A stretch of 64,000 nucleotides of DNA, taken from positions 65,348,001 through 65,412,000 of the forward strand of contig OX597832.1 of NCBI GenBank assembly GCA_951406725.2, given 5' to 3'. Of this stretch, positions 27,360 through 40,482 are shown in pieces. A program made the position numbers and the translations under genes. The notes below the pieces were generated by a model that ran no database searches, had not been told where the DNA came from, and was given only the letters and a program-made list of their open reading frames with translations. This DNA comes from Octopus vulgaris. Lineage: Eukaryota. Each line of letters begins with the position of its first letter. The first letter of the stretch is position 1.

Positions 27360-28776
27360 AAAATTTGTTTTAAACCTTGGGATTACATAGAGAGTATTTT
27401 GCGTAGGATATGAGCACTATCTTTTGAATGTCTGCCATTTTGGGGTTTCCTGGTATCTGAGTTAGGTAGCAATCAGTCCCTTTCGCTATCATTCCCAGGG
27501 CACCTATGACAACAGGTATTGTTTTAGTCTTCAGCTTCCACATTTTGCTGATTTCTATTTCAAGATCTTTATATTTGCTCAGTTTTTGGTAGGTCTTGAC
27601 AGATACGTTTATATCGATTGGGACAGTCATATCAATAAGGAGGCATGTTCTTCGTCTGAAGTCTTTCAATATAATGTCTGGCCTATTTGCATCTATCTTC
27701 CTGTCAGTTTGAATGGTGAAGTTCCAGAGGAGTGAGATGTGGTCATTTTCAAGCACAGGAGGTGGATTGTGTTCCCACCAGTTTTTTTCATGGGGCAAAT
27801 CCAGGTTTTTGCAAATTACCCAGTGAATATATTGTGCAGCTCTATCATGCCTACTGAGGTACTCTGTAGGCGCTGGAAGACTGCATTTGGAGACCACATG
27901 GTCAATGGTTTCATTTTGTTGTCGGCATACACAACATGTTGGGCTACTGCCGTTCTTTAATATGTTGGCCTAGTAGTTTCTTGTTGGTAGGCATTGATCT
28001 TGAGCTGCTATGATAAACCCCTCTGTTTCAGATTTTAAGCCAGAGACCATTAGCCATTGATGGGTCAGGGCTTTGTCGATATCTGCATTATTCGCTCTCT
28101 TTGGGTATTTGCCATACAGAGGTTTTTCTTGCCATTTATTATTCAGAATATCTAAGGCCGCAGTTTTGGCACGGGTTTTCATGCGCCTAGTTTTTTCTGT
28201 GCTTGTTTCTTGTATATCTATCTCTAATTCCGAAATTGGTTGTATTCGGAATTCACTTAGGTATTTCTTTGCCTGTTTTGTGACTGAGTATGATGCTTTC
28301 TTGTTTTCATGTTTTGAGACAAGTTTTAACATCCAGTCCTCAGAGTTTTTCAGGTAGGTGTCTCGGCCAATTGTAGCAATCTTCATTGTTATTGCCAGTT
28401 GCAAAAGACCACGGCCTCCTCTTTTCTTGGCAGATAGAGTCGTTCTGTATCTGCCTTAGGGTGGTGCATTCTATGCACTGTCAACAGTTTCCTTATTTTT
28501 CTGTCGAGCGGACATATTTCTGTAATTGACCAGTCAACAATATTGAAACTGTAAGTTACGACTGGTATGGCTAATGCATTGATCGCTTCGATCCTGTTTC
28601 TTGCATTCAGCTCTGTCTTGAGTATTGCTCTCACTCTTCGATAGCATTCTCTCCTGATCCTTTCCTTCATCTCTGAATGCCTTATTCCGTTCCCGTCAAT
28701 TACCCCTAGGTACTTGTAGCTCTCCGCTGGGTCTAGTTCTTTTATGACATTCTGTTGGTTATCATTATTATTATTA

Positions 28777-28872
<96 letters not shown>

Positions 28873-29025
28873 ATATTAACATCGAAAAATAACTTAGGAA
28901 TGAGAACCCGCGCTCGAAATTTCCTCAAAACAGCTGATGAAGGCTGGAGCGTATATCACCCGAGACGTTATGTTAACAAAAACAAATTGAGAAAAAATAT
29001 CCGTCAAATGTAAATAATGTAAATA
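26830..29025 (+). mobile_element. Composite tRNA/hammerhead element (copy R), head-to-head with copy L, interrupted by an R4/Dong LINE in its microsatellite
   Basis: Head 26830-26890 (GAGTTCAATTCC B box). Tail 28880-29025 is homologous to the copy L tail and carries CTGATGA-A-GGCTG...CACCC-GAGA-CGTT-ATGTT. Confidence 0.75.
27178..28760 (-). mobile_element. R4/Dong-type RLE non-LTR retrotransposon, family 1, 5'-truncated and disrupted
   Basis: SYKYLG, MHHPKADTERLY, AAQDQ, CCHC knuckle, RHD, RPDIILKD...LLIDMTVP (PD-D/ExK); 3' end CATAG into (AAT)n. Confidence 0.92.
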
Positions 29026-29230
29026 CTGTAATTAATATATTTATCTTATAATATATCGGCTCAACTCGGTGCAAACCCCAAAGATTGGTATCGCCAGTTG
29101 GAATCCTTAAGGTGTAGGCACCATAATAGAATAGTAGCTTTATATGCGTATCCCAAACGTTTCCCGCAAATGATATATATATATCTATATATATGTAGAT
29201 ATATATATATATAAATAAATAAATAAATAA

Positions 29231-29271
<41 letters not shown>

Positions 29272-29309
29272 GAGGAAACATAAAATGGAGATAATATGAA
29301 TGGACAACA

Positions 29310-29480
29310 ATTGATTTGCATCAATTCTTATTTATTAATTATTTACAAAACGACTGCATCGCATCTTACAGCTGTTTCTGCTGCCAATGTTCTTTGGTAT
29401 CATCATTATTATACTAAAATATACATCATATTTGGTAATGAAAACGATTTGAATCATGGAGCCTCATCAGAGTAGAAAAT
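29310..29480 (-). ncRNA. Hammerhead-bearing repeat with long stem-II insert (left copy of inverted pair)
   Basis: On the minus strand: CTGATGA-GGCTCC-(~72 nt)-GGCAGCA-GAAAC-AGCT-GTA-AGATG. Confidence 0.65.
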
Positions 29481-29508
29481 AAATGAATAAATGAATAAAT
29501 GAAAGGAC

Positions 29509-29554
<46 letters not shown>

Positions 29555-29569
29555 TAATAATAATAATAA

Positions 29570-32500
29570 GACAGTGAAATAAGCGCGATCAAGCACGCAA
29601 CGGAAAATGACATAAATATAAGACACAAAGGAAATGAAGAATCAGATGAACAGTATAGCCCGCCACGAGGCTTAATTGAAAGACTGCCATCTGACCAAAG
29701 TACGCAAAGGCCTGAAGATACAAGAAATTCTATTGTACCTGTTAAAGATAGCCAGGAAAACGAAAAAACAGTAACTGAAGATCTCGCATTTGCTGAAGAA
29801 CACAGAGAGTCTATGGCAGAAATGAGGTAGAAAATTCTGAATACGCTTGAAGTTGTAAGACACACAAGTATGAATGATAGAGAACCACTTCATAAACTCT
29901 CAAATACAAACCAAAATAAAAAACAAATCCAAATTGGCAACTATGTAACAAATGAAATAATACGAGAATTAAAACCTGATTTTACTGAGTTAAATGAAAT
30001 TATTTACGCTTCTGCTAGGGCAATTGAAACCAGCTGTATGCCCCCGAAAAAACAAAGAAAACAAAACCTGGGAAGAAATCAAACCTGGAGAAGTAAAATT
30101 GAAAAAGAGATTGAATTTATGAGACGGGAAATATCAATATTAAATGAACTAATATGTGGAAATGATGTAAGATCCAGAACAGGAAGAAAGATGAACAGAA
30201 AATTTGGATCCTCACCAAGAGAAGAACTGATATCAATAAAAGAAACGTTGAAACAAAAAGTCCAAGCAAAAGCCCAAAGAATACGAAGATTTGAGAAGAG
30301 AAACAAGTTTTACAAGCAAAATAAGCTGTTCACATCCAATGCCAAAAAATTCTACAGAGAAATAGGGAAGGAGAAAGTAACCGTTAAAGACCCCCTCCCA
30401 TGGAAGAAGTTCAAAACTTTTGGAAAAGGATTTGGAGTGACAAGAAGACGTACAACATAAATGCAGACTGGATTATACAAACTGAAGGATCCTACCAAAA
30501 TTTACAACAAGCATGGGAAGACATCACAATAGCAGACCTAAGAAAGGCACTCACGAAGGCCCATAATTGGAAATCCCCCGGTAAAGATAGGGTGCCGAAT
30601 TTCTAGCTCGCATCGCTCCCATGCGCACACGGTAAGCTAGTTCAGCTGCTCAATGGAATTATGAGAGACCCAAAGAAAACACCTGAATGGTTAGCAAGTG
30701 CAATTACTTACCTACTCCCAAAGAATAACGAAACCAACCTTACAAAAAACTATCGGCCTATAACCTGTCTATCCACCACGTATAAAATCCTAACATCTAT
30801 CCTGGCGGAGAAAACATATGCATTCATGGAGAAGAACGATATTTTCCCCATTGAACAAAAAGGGTGCCGCCGAATCTCTTACGGATGCAAAGATCAACTG
30901 CTAATCAATCGTATGATCCTTGAGAACTGTCACAACAAGCGCAGAAATCTCAGCACCGCATGGATTGACTATAAAAAGGCCTTCGACAGTATACCGCATC
31001 CATGGATCTTGAGATCGCTGGACATCTTCAAAATTTCCCCTGTGATTTCAAACTTCCTGAAGCACAATATGTCGTTGTGGAATACGAATCTCCAATTATA
31101 CCACTCTAATGGAGTACTTGCCTCAGAAAATATAAACATCAACTGTGGAATTTTTCAAGGTGACTCACTTTCACCTTTAATATTCTGCATAGCCCTAATA
31201 CCCCTTACAAGTGAATTAAACAGAACAGGGTATGGGTATAAAATTGCCAATAAAAAAATTAGACATCTATTTTATATGGATGACTTAAAACTTTATGGTA
31301 AAGACAATAATGAACTTGAAGGCCTATTGCGCACCGTGAAAGCATTCAGCGATGACATCGGGATGGAGTTTGGACTTGAGAATTTGTGGTTTTTCACTTT
31401 CCCTTTCTGGAAAGTGAAAAACTACAAATTCAGTCGTGTTAGATGTTGACACAGTCATAAGAGAGCTTGAGCAAGAACAAACATACAAATATTTAGGGAT
31501 AAATGAAGGCTCTGGTATTCAGCATGCAAGCATGAAAGAGAAGATCAGGAAGGAATGTTATAGGAGAGTCCGTGCAGTCCTTAAATCTGAACTAAATGCA
31601 CGTAACAAGGTGTTAGCTATAAATTCCTTAGCAGTTCCAGTTGTTACTTATAGCTACAATGTGTTGAACAGGAATATGACTGAAGTAAAGAATATAGATA
31701 GGAAAATACGCAAGCTGCTGAGTTGTAATAGGATGCACCACCCAAAGGCAGACGTAGATCGCCTTTACCTTCCCAGAGCCCAAGGAGGTCGAGGCCTGAT
31801 CCAATTTGAACTAACTTACAAAACAACCACAATTGGACTGGCCAAATATCTCGAAATATCGAATGACTGGATGCTAAAGCTCGTTGAAAATCACGAGAGA
31901 CGAAAGAAGCTTCATTCTATCATAAAGGAAAGCAAAAAATTTGCTATTGATCTCGTGCAGGATACCCAAACTGAACAACCCGAGGGAAGTACGGCAACTA
32001 TTGTTGCAAAGAAGGTGAAAATGATGGCAATGAAAAAAGCGCACGAGCAATTGGCTGATAGGTGGGAGGAGAAACCTCTGCACGGCAAATATGTGACCCG
32101 CAGCAAACAAGCTGATGTTGACCAGAAGCAAACCCATCAGTGGCTACGGAGCTCAGGGCTAAAAGCAGAGAGCGAAGGTTTCATCCTGGCTGCTCAAGAT
32201 CAAAGCCTATTAACCCGGAACTACCAGGCCAATGTGATGAAAAATGGAGCAGACCCAAAATGCCGATTCTGCAACGACATGATTGAAACAGTGGACCACC
32301 TAATCTCTGGATGTAAAGTCTTAGCACCAGTGGAGTATAAATTAAGACATGACAGAGTTGGCCAATATCTCCACTGGCTAATAAGTCGGCATTACAATAT
32401 CAAAACTGCCGACAAGTGGTATAATCACCACCCTGAGGCTGTAACTGAAGGAGAAAATGTAACCATTCTGTGGGACTTTCCAGTACATACAGACCGAACC

Positions 32501-33000
32501 ATCAAGGCCAATAAACCAGATATTGTTGTGAAAGACAAAAAAAAAAAGGTTGCTTATTGATCGACATGAGCATTCCCTGTGATCATAATATCTCAGCGAA
32601 AGAGTTTGACAAGCTCAGAAAATATAAAGACCTACTCATTGAAATTGAGAAAATGTGGCATCTCAAGGCGGTTACAATACCAGTGATCGTAGGAGCACTA
32701 GGAATGATCAAGAAGGGAACCGAAAATTATATGAGAATGATCCCTGGCTTACCATCCCTGCAAGAAGTGCAAAAGATTGTCTTAACTGGTACATCACACG
32801 TATTGAGAAGAGCATTGTCGATGTGAGAACTGTTGCTGCTCATGTATTTTAATTTAACTTAAAAAAAAAAAAAATGAACGAACGAACTATTGAGTTTGGT
32901 TTAATGGCCTACCAATGTATACACTATGAGTTTCTTTGCCCTAGGAGTCGGGAAGACACTCGGCAAGAAATGGAAGCAAATTTGAAAGAAGAAAAAAAAA

Positions 33001-33001
<1 letters not shown>
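29570..33001 (+). mobile_element. R4/Dong-type RLE non-LTR retrotransposon, family 2, ~3.4 kb, complete RT and RLE but frameshifted
   Basis: KSPGKD, NYRPITCL, EQKGCR, DYKKAFDS, GIFQGDSLSP, HLFYMDD, YKYLG, CRFC...DHLISGC, RHD, KPDIVV; flanked on both sides by (AAT)n. Confidence 0.95.
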
Positions 33002-33090
<89 letters not shown>

Positions 33091-33109
33091 ATAATAATAT
33101 ATTTTGAAT

Positions 33110-33270
33110 ATATACATTTTCCACTGTGATGAAGCTCCATGACTCAAACCGGTTTTATTATCAACTATGATATATATTTTCAGCGTAATAATGCTGAAAA
33201 CAAAGAGCATTGGCAATAGAAACAGCTGTAAGATGGGATACTGTCTTTTGGAAATAATTAAAATGTTTTT
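33110..33270 (+). ncRNA. Hammerhead-bearing repeat with long stem-II insert (right copy of inverted pair)
   Basis: CCACT-GTGATGA-AGCTCC-(~72 nt)-GGCAATA-GAAAC-AGCT-GTA-AGATGG; reverse-complement homolog of 29310-29480. Confidence 0.62.
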
Positions 33271-33476
33271 CATAAGTTTCATCTCCATAAACTTCTCTTT
33301 TTCTTGTCTTTACCTATAATTTATGAGCGTAACATGGTTGCCCACGTTTAAATATAGGTAATATACCAGTAGTGTTATGGATACTTTTATCCCCTAGACT
33401 GTTATTTTAACCTCTAACTCAGCTAACCCATCTCTCTCTCTCTCGCGCGCTGTCTCTCTCTCTCTCTATGTATATT

Positions 33477-33507
<31 letters not shown>

Positions 33508-34161
33508 GTGTGTGTGTGTTTATGTGTACATATGGATATACATATATATATTTAATCATATATATATATATGTATATGTGTATATAAGTATACACACACA
33601 CACATACACACACACACATACACGCATACACACATATGTATATATCTGTAAAGCAGGTAGTCTCCATTACCTTAGTGTCTTCCGTAAGTTACAGATTTGC
33701 ACGTTTTACTGATTATTATTCTTTAAACAAGAAATACAGTATGCTGAACATAGTTTGAATCGGAAAGTCAGAAATACATTTAAATATTCGTTTCACACTG
33801 TATTGAAGACAAAATATTTACTTAGTTTATGACGTGCCGTTAAGCTGGGGAGGGGGTGGACAAATATGCCATTAAAGCTACTGATTTCTGTGATAGTCTT
33901 ATCCATCGAAATGAGGGAATAACACTTAGGTATAGAAATAAGGCACCAACGCGAAGTTGATATTGAAGTTAGAGTATTAACTTAAGGCTGACGAACTTTG
34001 TGATGTAGATTGTTTACTACACAATACGGAAGTTGATCTCCGTATGTCTGATATACATATTTGCCCATATATATGACTCGTATGTGTATGTGTACGTGTT
34101 TAAAATGCTGATATATGTGTACGTTCTTCGTTTATATATACATACTTATGTATATATATAC

Positions 34162-34206
<45 letters not shown>

Positions 34207-34238
34207 TATAAATTTATATATATATACATAAATACATG

Positions 34239-34326
<88 letters not shown>

Positions 34327-35827
34327 GATAGAGAAAGAGGAGACTCAAAGATGTAGATACATACGTGAACATCCTTCCGAAATTTTCCATTTTTAATATG
34401 AATAGCAAACAAGTTTCAATGATGCCTGCGCCTTGTATTTGCATCAATCAATAATTGTTTACCTTTAATTACATTTATATTTTTATGTAAAAATCTCATC
34501 TCTGTGTAATATTATTAAATCCATACAGACCCAATTTCTCAAACAGAAACTTATATTCACATACACAAACAGGCTTATAAATATGTATGTTTTTTACAGA
34601 AACGTATGCAGATATATATGTACGTACACACATGCACACACGCATATATACATATGTGTGTATGCATGTATATATATATAGATAGATGTGTGTGTGTGTG
34701 TGTGTGTGGATGCATATCTTTCGGTGTATATAAAATTGCTGCTTTTGTAAAAAAAAAAGAAGCACGTAAACACAGCATCTGTGATTCTGGTGTTTGTAAG
34801 TATAAGTTCGAAATAGTTGAGTAATGGCGATGATAGCCACGAATATGATTATGATTATATGTATGTGATAAAGAAGATTAGAAAAAAGTCGATGATATGC
34901 TTATAATATTAGGCAGTTAATGTAGAGAAGATGGCGATGTTATTAACATATTGGTTATGATTTAGACATTTATACACAGACTATGCAAAAAAGAAAGCTT
35001 TTATCTTGCTTTTGAAGTTAAATTTAGTCCCGGATTATCTGATATCAACTAACTTACTATTCCATATTTTCTATCTATAGTTTTCTGTTTAATGATTGAA
35101 GCCTTGTATTTTTACAATTTTCTCTCTAATGGAAGTGAGACTTAACTATTATGTATTACACATTTATGACGTTTCTATCAACCTTGTGAAATATATGAAT
35201 ACTCAATGATTATTTATTGCTTACGAACATAATTGTATCTATGTGGTAATTACTGTTTATAAGCCAAACGCTGATATTTTTACTTGAATATCAATCATAT
35301 TTGCTCGTAGGTAATGTAAAATTAGAAATGTATAATAGCCATTAATAGATATAGAGATTGTTCTCATTGAAAAATCATTCTCTGCTGTATCAAAAATAAA
35401 AGAGACTAGCGGATAACGTGTTTCTAGATACCCTTAAAAAGAGAGACAATATTCCTAACATGAACGCATTAGATCATGTTAAAGTAAAGGAATGAAAAAT
35501 AAAAATAATCTAGTTGACACGAGAGGATACTCTGTTCTATATATATATCACAGGAAAGACAAAATAAAATGAAAGACTTGGTGTATGCAACAGGAACCGT
35601 TTTAAATTTAAACAGCGACATTTGTATCATAACATAGTATATACACCTATAAGAGGAATGGTGAATTTTCGTTCGAGAAAAATTTAACTATACAGATTCC
35701 TGTAGTAAAAAGAAAATATCTATCTATCTATCTGTCTGTATGTCTGTCTGCCTGCTGTCCCTCTGCCTGTCGGCCTATCTATCTACCTGTCTATCTATCC
35801 ATATATATATATATATATATTTATATA

Positions 35828-37095
35828 CTAGGGGCGTTCAATAAGTAATGCCTTTGGCCCACTTGCAGTTGTTTGATCTAGCTGAAGGTTTGCATGTGCA
35901 ATTATTTATATCTCTATAGATAAAGTGGCAAATTACAGCTCTGAACTAATTGTGGTTTCTGATTTACAGGTGTTTGAACTGAGTCAAGTGTGAAATGGAG
36001 CCTGTTGAGTGTCGAGCAGTGATCCGGTTTTTGTATTTGAAAGGACGCACACCACGGGAGACTTTTGATGAAATGAAAGTAACTTATGGTGATGATGCCC
36101 CATCATATGACCTTGTAAAACGCTGGCATCGTGAAATCAAACAAGGTCGGAACTCTGTGGAAACAGCTCCCAGATCTGGTCACCCCCCTTCTGCCATTGA
36201 TGAGGCATCTGTCCGTCAGGTTGAGGCAGCCATTCTGGAAGATCGACGCATAACTATTCGCCAAATAGCCCATTAGGTCAAGATTAGTACCGAGTCTGTG
36301 GAAACTATCATTCATGACCATTTGCATAGGCAAAAGGTGTCTGCCAGATGGATTCCCAGGTTGCTCACACCTTTCCAGAAGTAAGAACGCGTCGATTGCT
36401 CGAGTATGAATTTGGAGATGTGCCAAGAAGATGAGTCAAAATTTTTCAAAAGACTGATTGCATAGGATAAAACCTGGGTCCATCACTATGATCCAGAGAC
36501 CAAAGCCCAGTCAATGCAGTGGAAGCACCGTGACTCACCTCCTCCAAAGAAGGCAAGGGTGCAGCCCTCCGCTGGCAAGGTCATGCTCACAGTCTTCTGG
36601 GACCAGGACGGTGTAGTGATGACAGATTTCCTGGCAAAGGGTACCACAATTACAGGAGCCTATTATGCTTCACTTTTGAGGAAATTATGAGAAGCTATCA
36701 AAATCAAGAGGTGGGGCAAGATCAGCAAAGGCATCCTCCTCCTGCAGGACAACGCTCCGGTTCACAACTCGCGTGTCGCCAGATCAGAAGCACAGGCGTG
36801 CGGCTATGAACTCCTTCCCCATCCCCCCTACTCTCCTGACCTTGCACCCTCTGATTTTCACCTCTTCCCAGCCATGAAGTTGTTTTTGAAAGGAAAACGT
36901 TTCCCAGAATATGCAGCCTTGATTTCTGAAGTTACGTCGTGTTTGGAGGACCAAGCTGGGATCTTCTACAAAAACGGTCTCCAGAGCCGCATCAAACAAT
37001 GGGAGAAATGCGTAATTCTGAGTGTTTCCTATGTAGAAAAAGACTAATAACTGTTCCAAGTTTCGTTGCTCTACTGCTATGTGAAGTGGGTCAGG

Positions 37096-37100
<5 letters not shown>
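35828..37100 (+). mobile_element. Mariner (DD34D) transposon, copy 1; outer part of right TIR lost
   Basis: Left TIR TA|CTAGGGGCGTTCAATAAGTAATGCC; right end AAGTGGGTCAGGGGCAT runs into (TA)n. Confidence 0.93.
35995..37047 (+). pseudogene. Mariner transposase pseudogene (~350 codons, in-frame stops, no frameshift)
   Basis: RAVIRFL, WIPRLL, DKTWV, LLQDNAPVH, HPPYSPDLAPSDFHLF; in-frame stops include 36274 and 36463. Confidence 0.92.
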
Positions 37101-37154
<54 letters not shown>

Positions 37155-39503
37155 CGGAGCGAACATAGAGCGACTAAGTCTACCGAGAGATTCTCGGACG
37201 AAAATTCGCACGCAACAACATGCCACTGAACGGTGTATATGCGTTAGATATGATATATATTGGGCTATTTTAAAACAGAAAATATTTTGAAGCAGATAAA
37301 TAATACCATCAAGATTGGATGGGCTATAATGCATTTGAAGTTATACGGGCATGCATATGCCTCCTGAAATGTAAGTTTAAAACATTCAGTTGTCTTTCGA
37401 CTAAACTTAGCGTGTCATTCATGATCGTGCATGCAAGGAATACATACTACCTTCAACATGCAAGCACACACCCGAGTATACACATTTACAGCCCCAATCA
37501 CATGTCAGATATAATAGTTACTATTGCACAATCTCATACTGCCCCATGCATATATATGACTATAAACAACACTTCGTCTAGAGTCTAGTATCTCAGTCTA
37601 GACTGTAGACCAAGGTATGCAAAGCGTTGTATAATAACTAATAATGTCGTTCATTGAGCGCAGTTTTCTTATATGTTGAGGTCCTGACTTTTTTAGTACG
37701 TTCAACATCGAGCAGCCACTTCCATCAGACGCGTACAGCTTGCCTTTTCTCCCTTTATACATTTTCCTTCTTAATGTAACATTGTTCCTGCCCTATGTTT
37801 CCTGAATAAATAATATTAAACGAATAGAAATAGATTATATTCTATTGATTGAAAGTTAATTTACTTAGTCATGTTTTTAAATCAGCTTTACCAATATTGT
37901 GAATAACTGGTCGAAGTATAACATTTACATCAGTGACATAAACACAAATTCAACATCAAATACTGTTTTCTTTTGTGGAGAAATTATCGTTTCACACTTC
38001 TACACAATTAGTCTCTACTTCAATCTTTTACAATCGTCCGGAGTTATGTTAACAGTAATAATTCATAATTAGGTGCTAATACGATTTTCCTTACTTCTAA
38101 ACTAGAAACAAATAATGAAGTATAAGTGTATACGAATACGTAGGCTACCGGGATTACCACGAAATATGTGTTAGAACAGTGTAAACGATCTATTTTATAT
38201 ATCCGCTGAGTTAATAGTAAGTCAAACCTATTTCTTCTCCCACTTCGTATATAATAAAAGCTATTTCATTATATTAATACGAGACTTTTCGTTTGTCTTT
38301 ACACTGTGAGTTCAAATTCCGCCGAGATAGACTTTGCCTTTCACCCTTCCCGGTCCGATAAAGTCACAGCTGAATACCGTGGTCGATATTTCGTCCGAAA
38401 TTGCTGGCCTTATGAAAATATTTGTAACCTATATTTATTTGTAACCTTTATTTATACCGAGTGAATATAGAAAGTGAGCCTTATTTTTATTTTTATTCAT
38501 CGACATAGGAGGTTCAAATTGTATACTTGGTAGAGTACCGCTTCCCCCGAGGTAACACATGTTCTCTTTTGGATGGGTTTTAGCAGAAGCAGCCCGCTGT
38601 CATTGAGTCCTTGACGAATGTGAGGTACAGGCTGTCCGGCAACCACGTAAGCTTCAGGTAAACTTAGAAGACACCATTATCACGATCAATGCGCAAACAT
38701 GGTAGAAGATTGAAAAAGAGAAAAATCAGAATGTAAGAAAAACCACAGCCTGGAAGACCATCAACTACGAGAAGATGTATGAATTAGGAATCTGTTGACC
38801 CATTGTTTCGCACATAGAGCAGAGTCAAAATCTGTGAGTTTTCTTCTTCATAAATTTTTGGAATGCAGCTGAAAGTGCTTATGCAATTCATTAGGAGAAA
38901 GAAGCCAAATAAGGTACTGAAAACGATCCATAATCAACATGATAATATGTAATCACACACATCTTTGGTACTAAATTCAGGCGAACAGCAATCGCTGATA
39001 TAGAGCCCTTTGACTTTCATTTATTCTGTGTAATGAACGATTTAGTTACAGAGACGATGTGAAAGTGGCTGTGAAAAACAATGCCTACAAAATTCTTTCA
39101 ATGTGGATTCGAGTATTGGATTCAACAAAGATGCAAATACATCGGGGCTTGTACCAATTATATTCAGTACTACCTTTGCAGAGAGAAGTTACAAAGCCAA
39201 ATTGGGCAAGTTGAGTGATCTTTGTTAATAGAAAGGTTTTGCCTACTTCTGTTTTATTTTTAGTAGAGGTCTCGACCGGTTTTGTGAATTAAACTGAGGA
39301 ATATAATTGTAGTAATCAAACAAAATACCAATGATTAAAAAGTATTCTTAAAACTAAAATATTTCCAGTCCCATATAAAACTCTGAATTTAAATGGACTG
39401 TTGGGGACAAATCTCCCTCAGTTTGCTTTTGTAATATGAGAATCTCAGTTATGCTAAACACCCTTGTATCTCTCTCTGTCTCTCATATTTCTCCCGATCA
39501 CAC

Positions 39504-39558
<55 letters not shown>

Positions 39559-39580
39559 CTCTCTCTCGGCCCTTTTGCCC

Positions 39581-39987
39581 TACTCTCTTTTACTCTTTTA
39601 CTTGTTTCAGTCATTTGACTTCGGCTATGCTGGAGCACCGCCTTTAGTCGAGCAATCAACCCCGGGACTTATTCTTTGTAAGCCCAGTACTTATTCTATC
39701 GGTCTCTTTTGCCGAACCGCTAGGTAACGGGGACGTAAACACACCAGCATCGGTTGTCAAGCAATGCTAGGGGGATAAACACAGACACACAAACACACAC
39801 ACGCATATATATATACATATATACGACAGGCTTCTTTCAGTTTCCGTCTACCAAATTCACTCACAAGGCATTGGTCGGCCCGGGGCTATAGCAGAAGATA
39901 CTTGCCCAAGATGCCACGCAGTGGGACTGAACCCGGAACCATGTGGTTGGTTAGCAAGCTACTTACCACACAGCCACTCCTGCGCCT
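39581..39987 (-). mobile_element. tRNA-derived SINE family A, full-length reference copy
   Basis: Reverse complement: AGGCGCAGGAGTGGCTGTGTGG...GGTTCAGTCCC...CTTGGGCAAG (CORE-like)...GTCAAATGACTGAAAC + (GTAAAAGA)n tail. Confidence 0.92.
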
Positions 39988-40309
39988 GTTTGTTTTCTAT
40001 GACAGAAGTATCGCTATCTGTACAGCAAGTAGTATAAGATCCACCACTGAAACCTACAACAATTATACGACACGGCGCCCCTTAACCCCTTATTAAGCAT
40101 ATTTTTTGTCCGATTCTTTGGATATTTTCATCAACCCATTCAGTCTCTAGAATACAAAATATCCAGAATGCAATTTGCGCTTCCATATTACCAGCAGACA
40201 TCAATCTCTTTCTTATTTTCTTTAAACGCCAGCTTGTCCAGCTATCTATTTATCCATTTTCCATGGCGAATAAGTGATCAAGCTGACATTTCCCTGAACG
40301 CGATACCGG

Positions 40310-40482
40310 TTGGTTGCAAGATTCAAAGCCAGTAATTTTGAGGGTAAGAGACAAGTCGATTACATTGAGACCAGTATTTGAACTGATAGTTTATTTAATC
40401 GACTTCCAACGGATGACACCACACAAAGTGAACCTCGCCGGGATTTTGTCCGACGTGCTAACGACTCTAACATTTCGCCGCT
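40310..40482 (-). mobile_element. SINE family B, degenerate (other partial copies at ~38290-38430 +, ~41555-41685 +, ~51020-51130 -, ~52030-52125 +)
   Basis: Homology to the 26070-26280 copy. Confidence 0.65.

Noticed and set aside
34405-34460. Additional hammerhead candidates (also ~41925-41950 and ~42755-42795)
   Set aside because: Only a stem plus GAAA is visible; the core CUGANGA and stem I are too degenerate to support a call.
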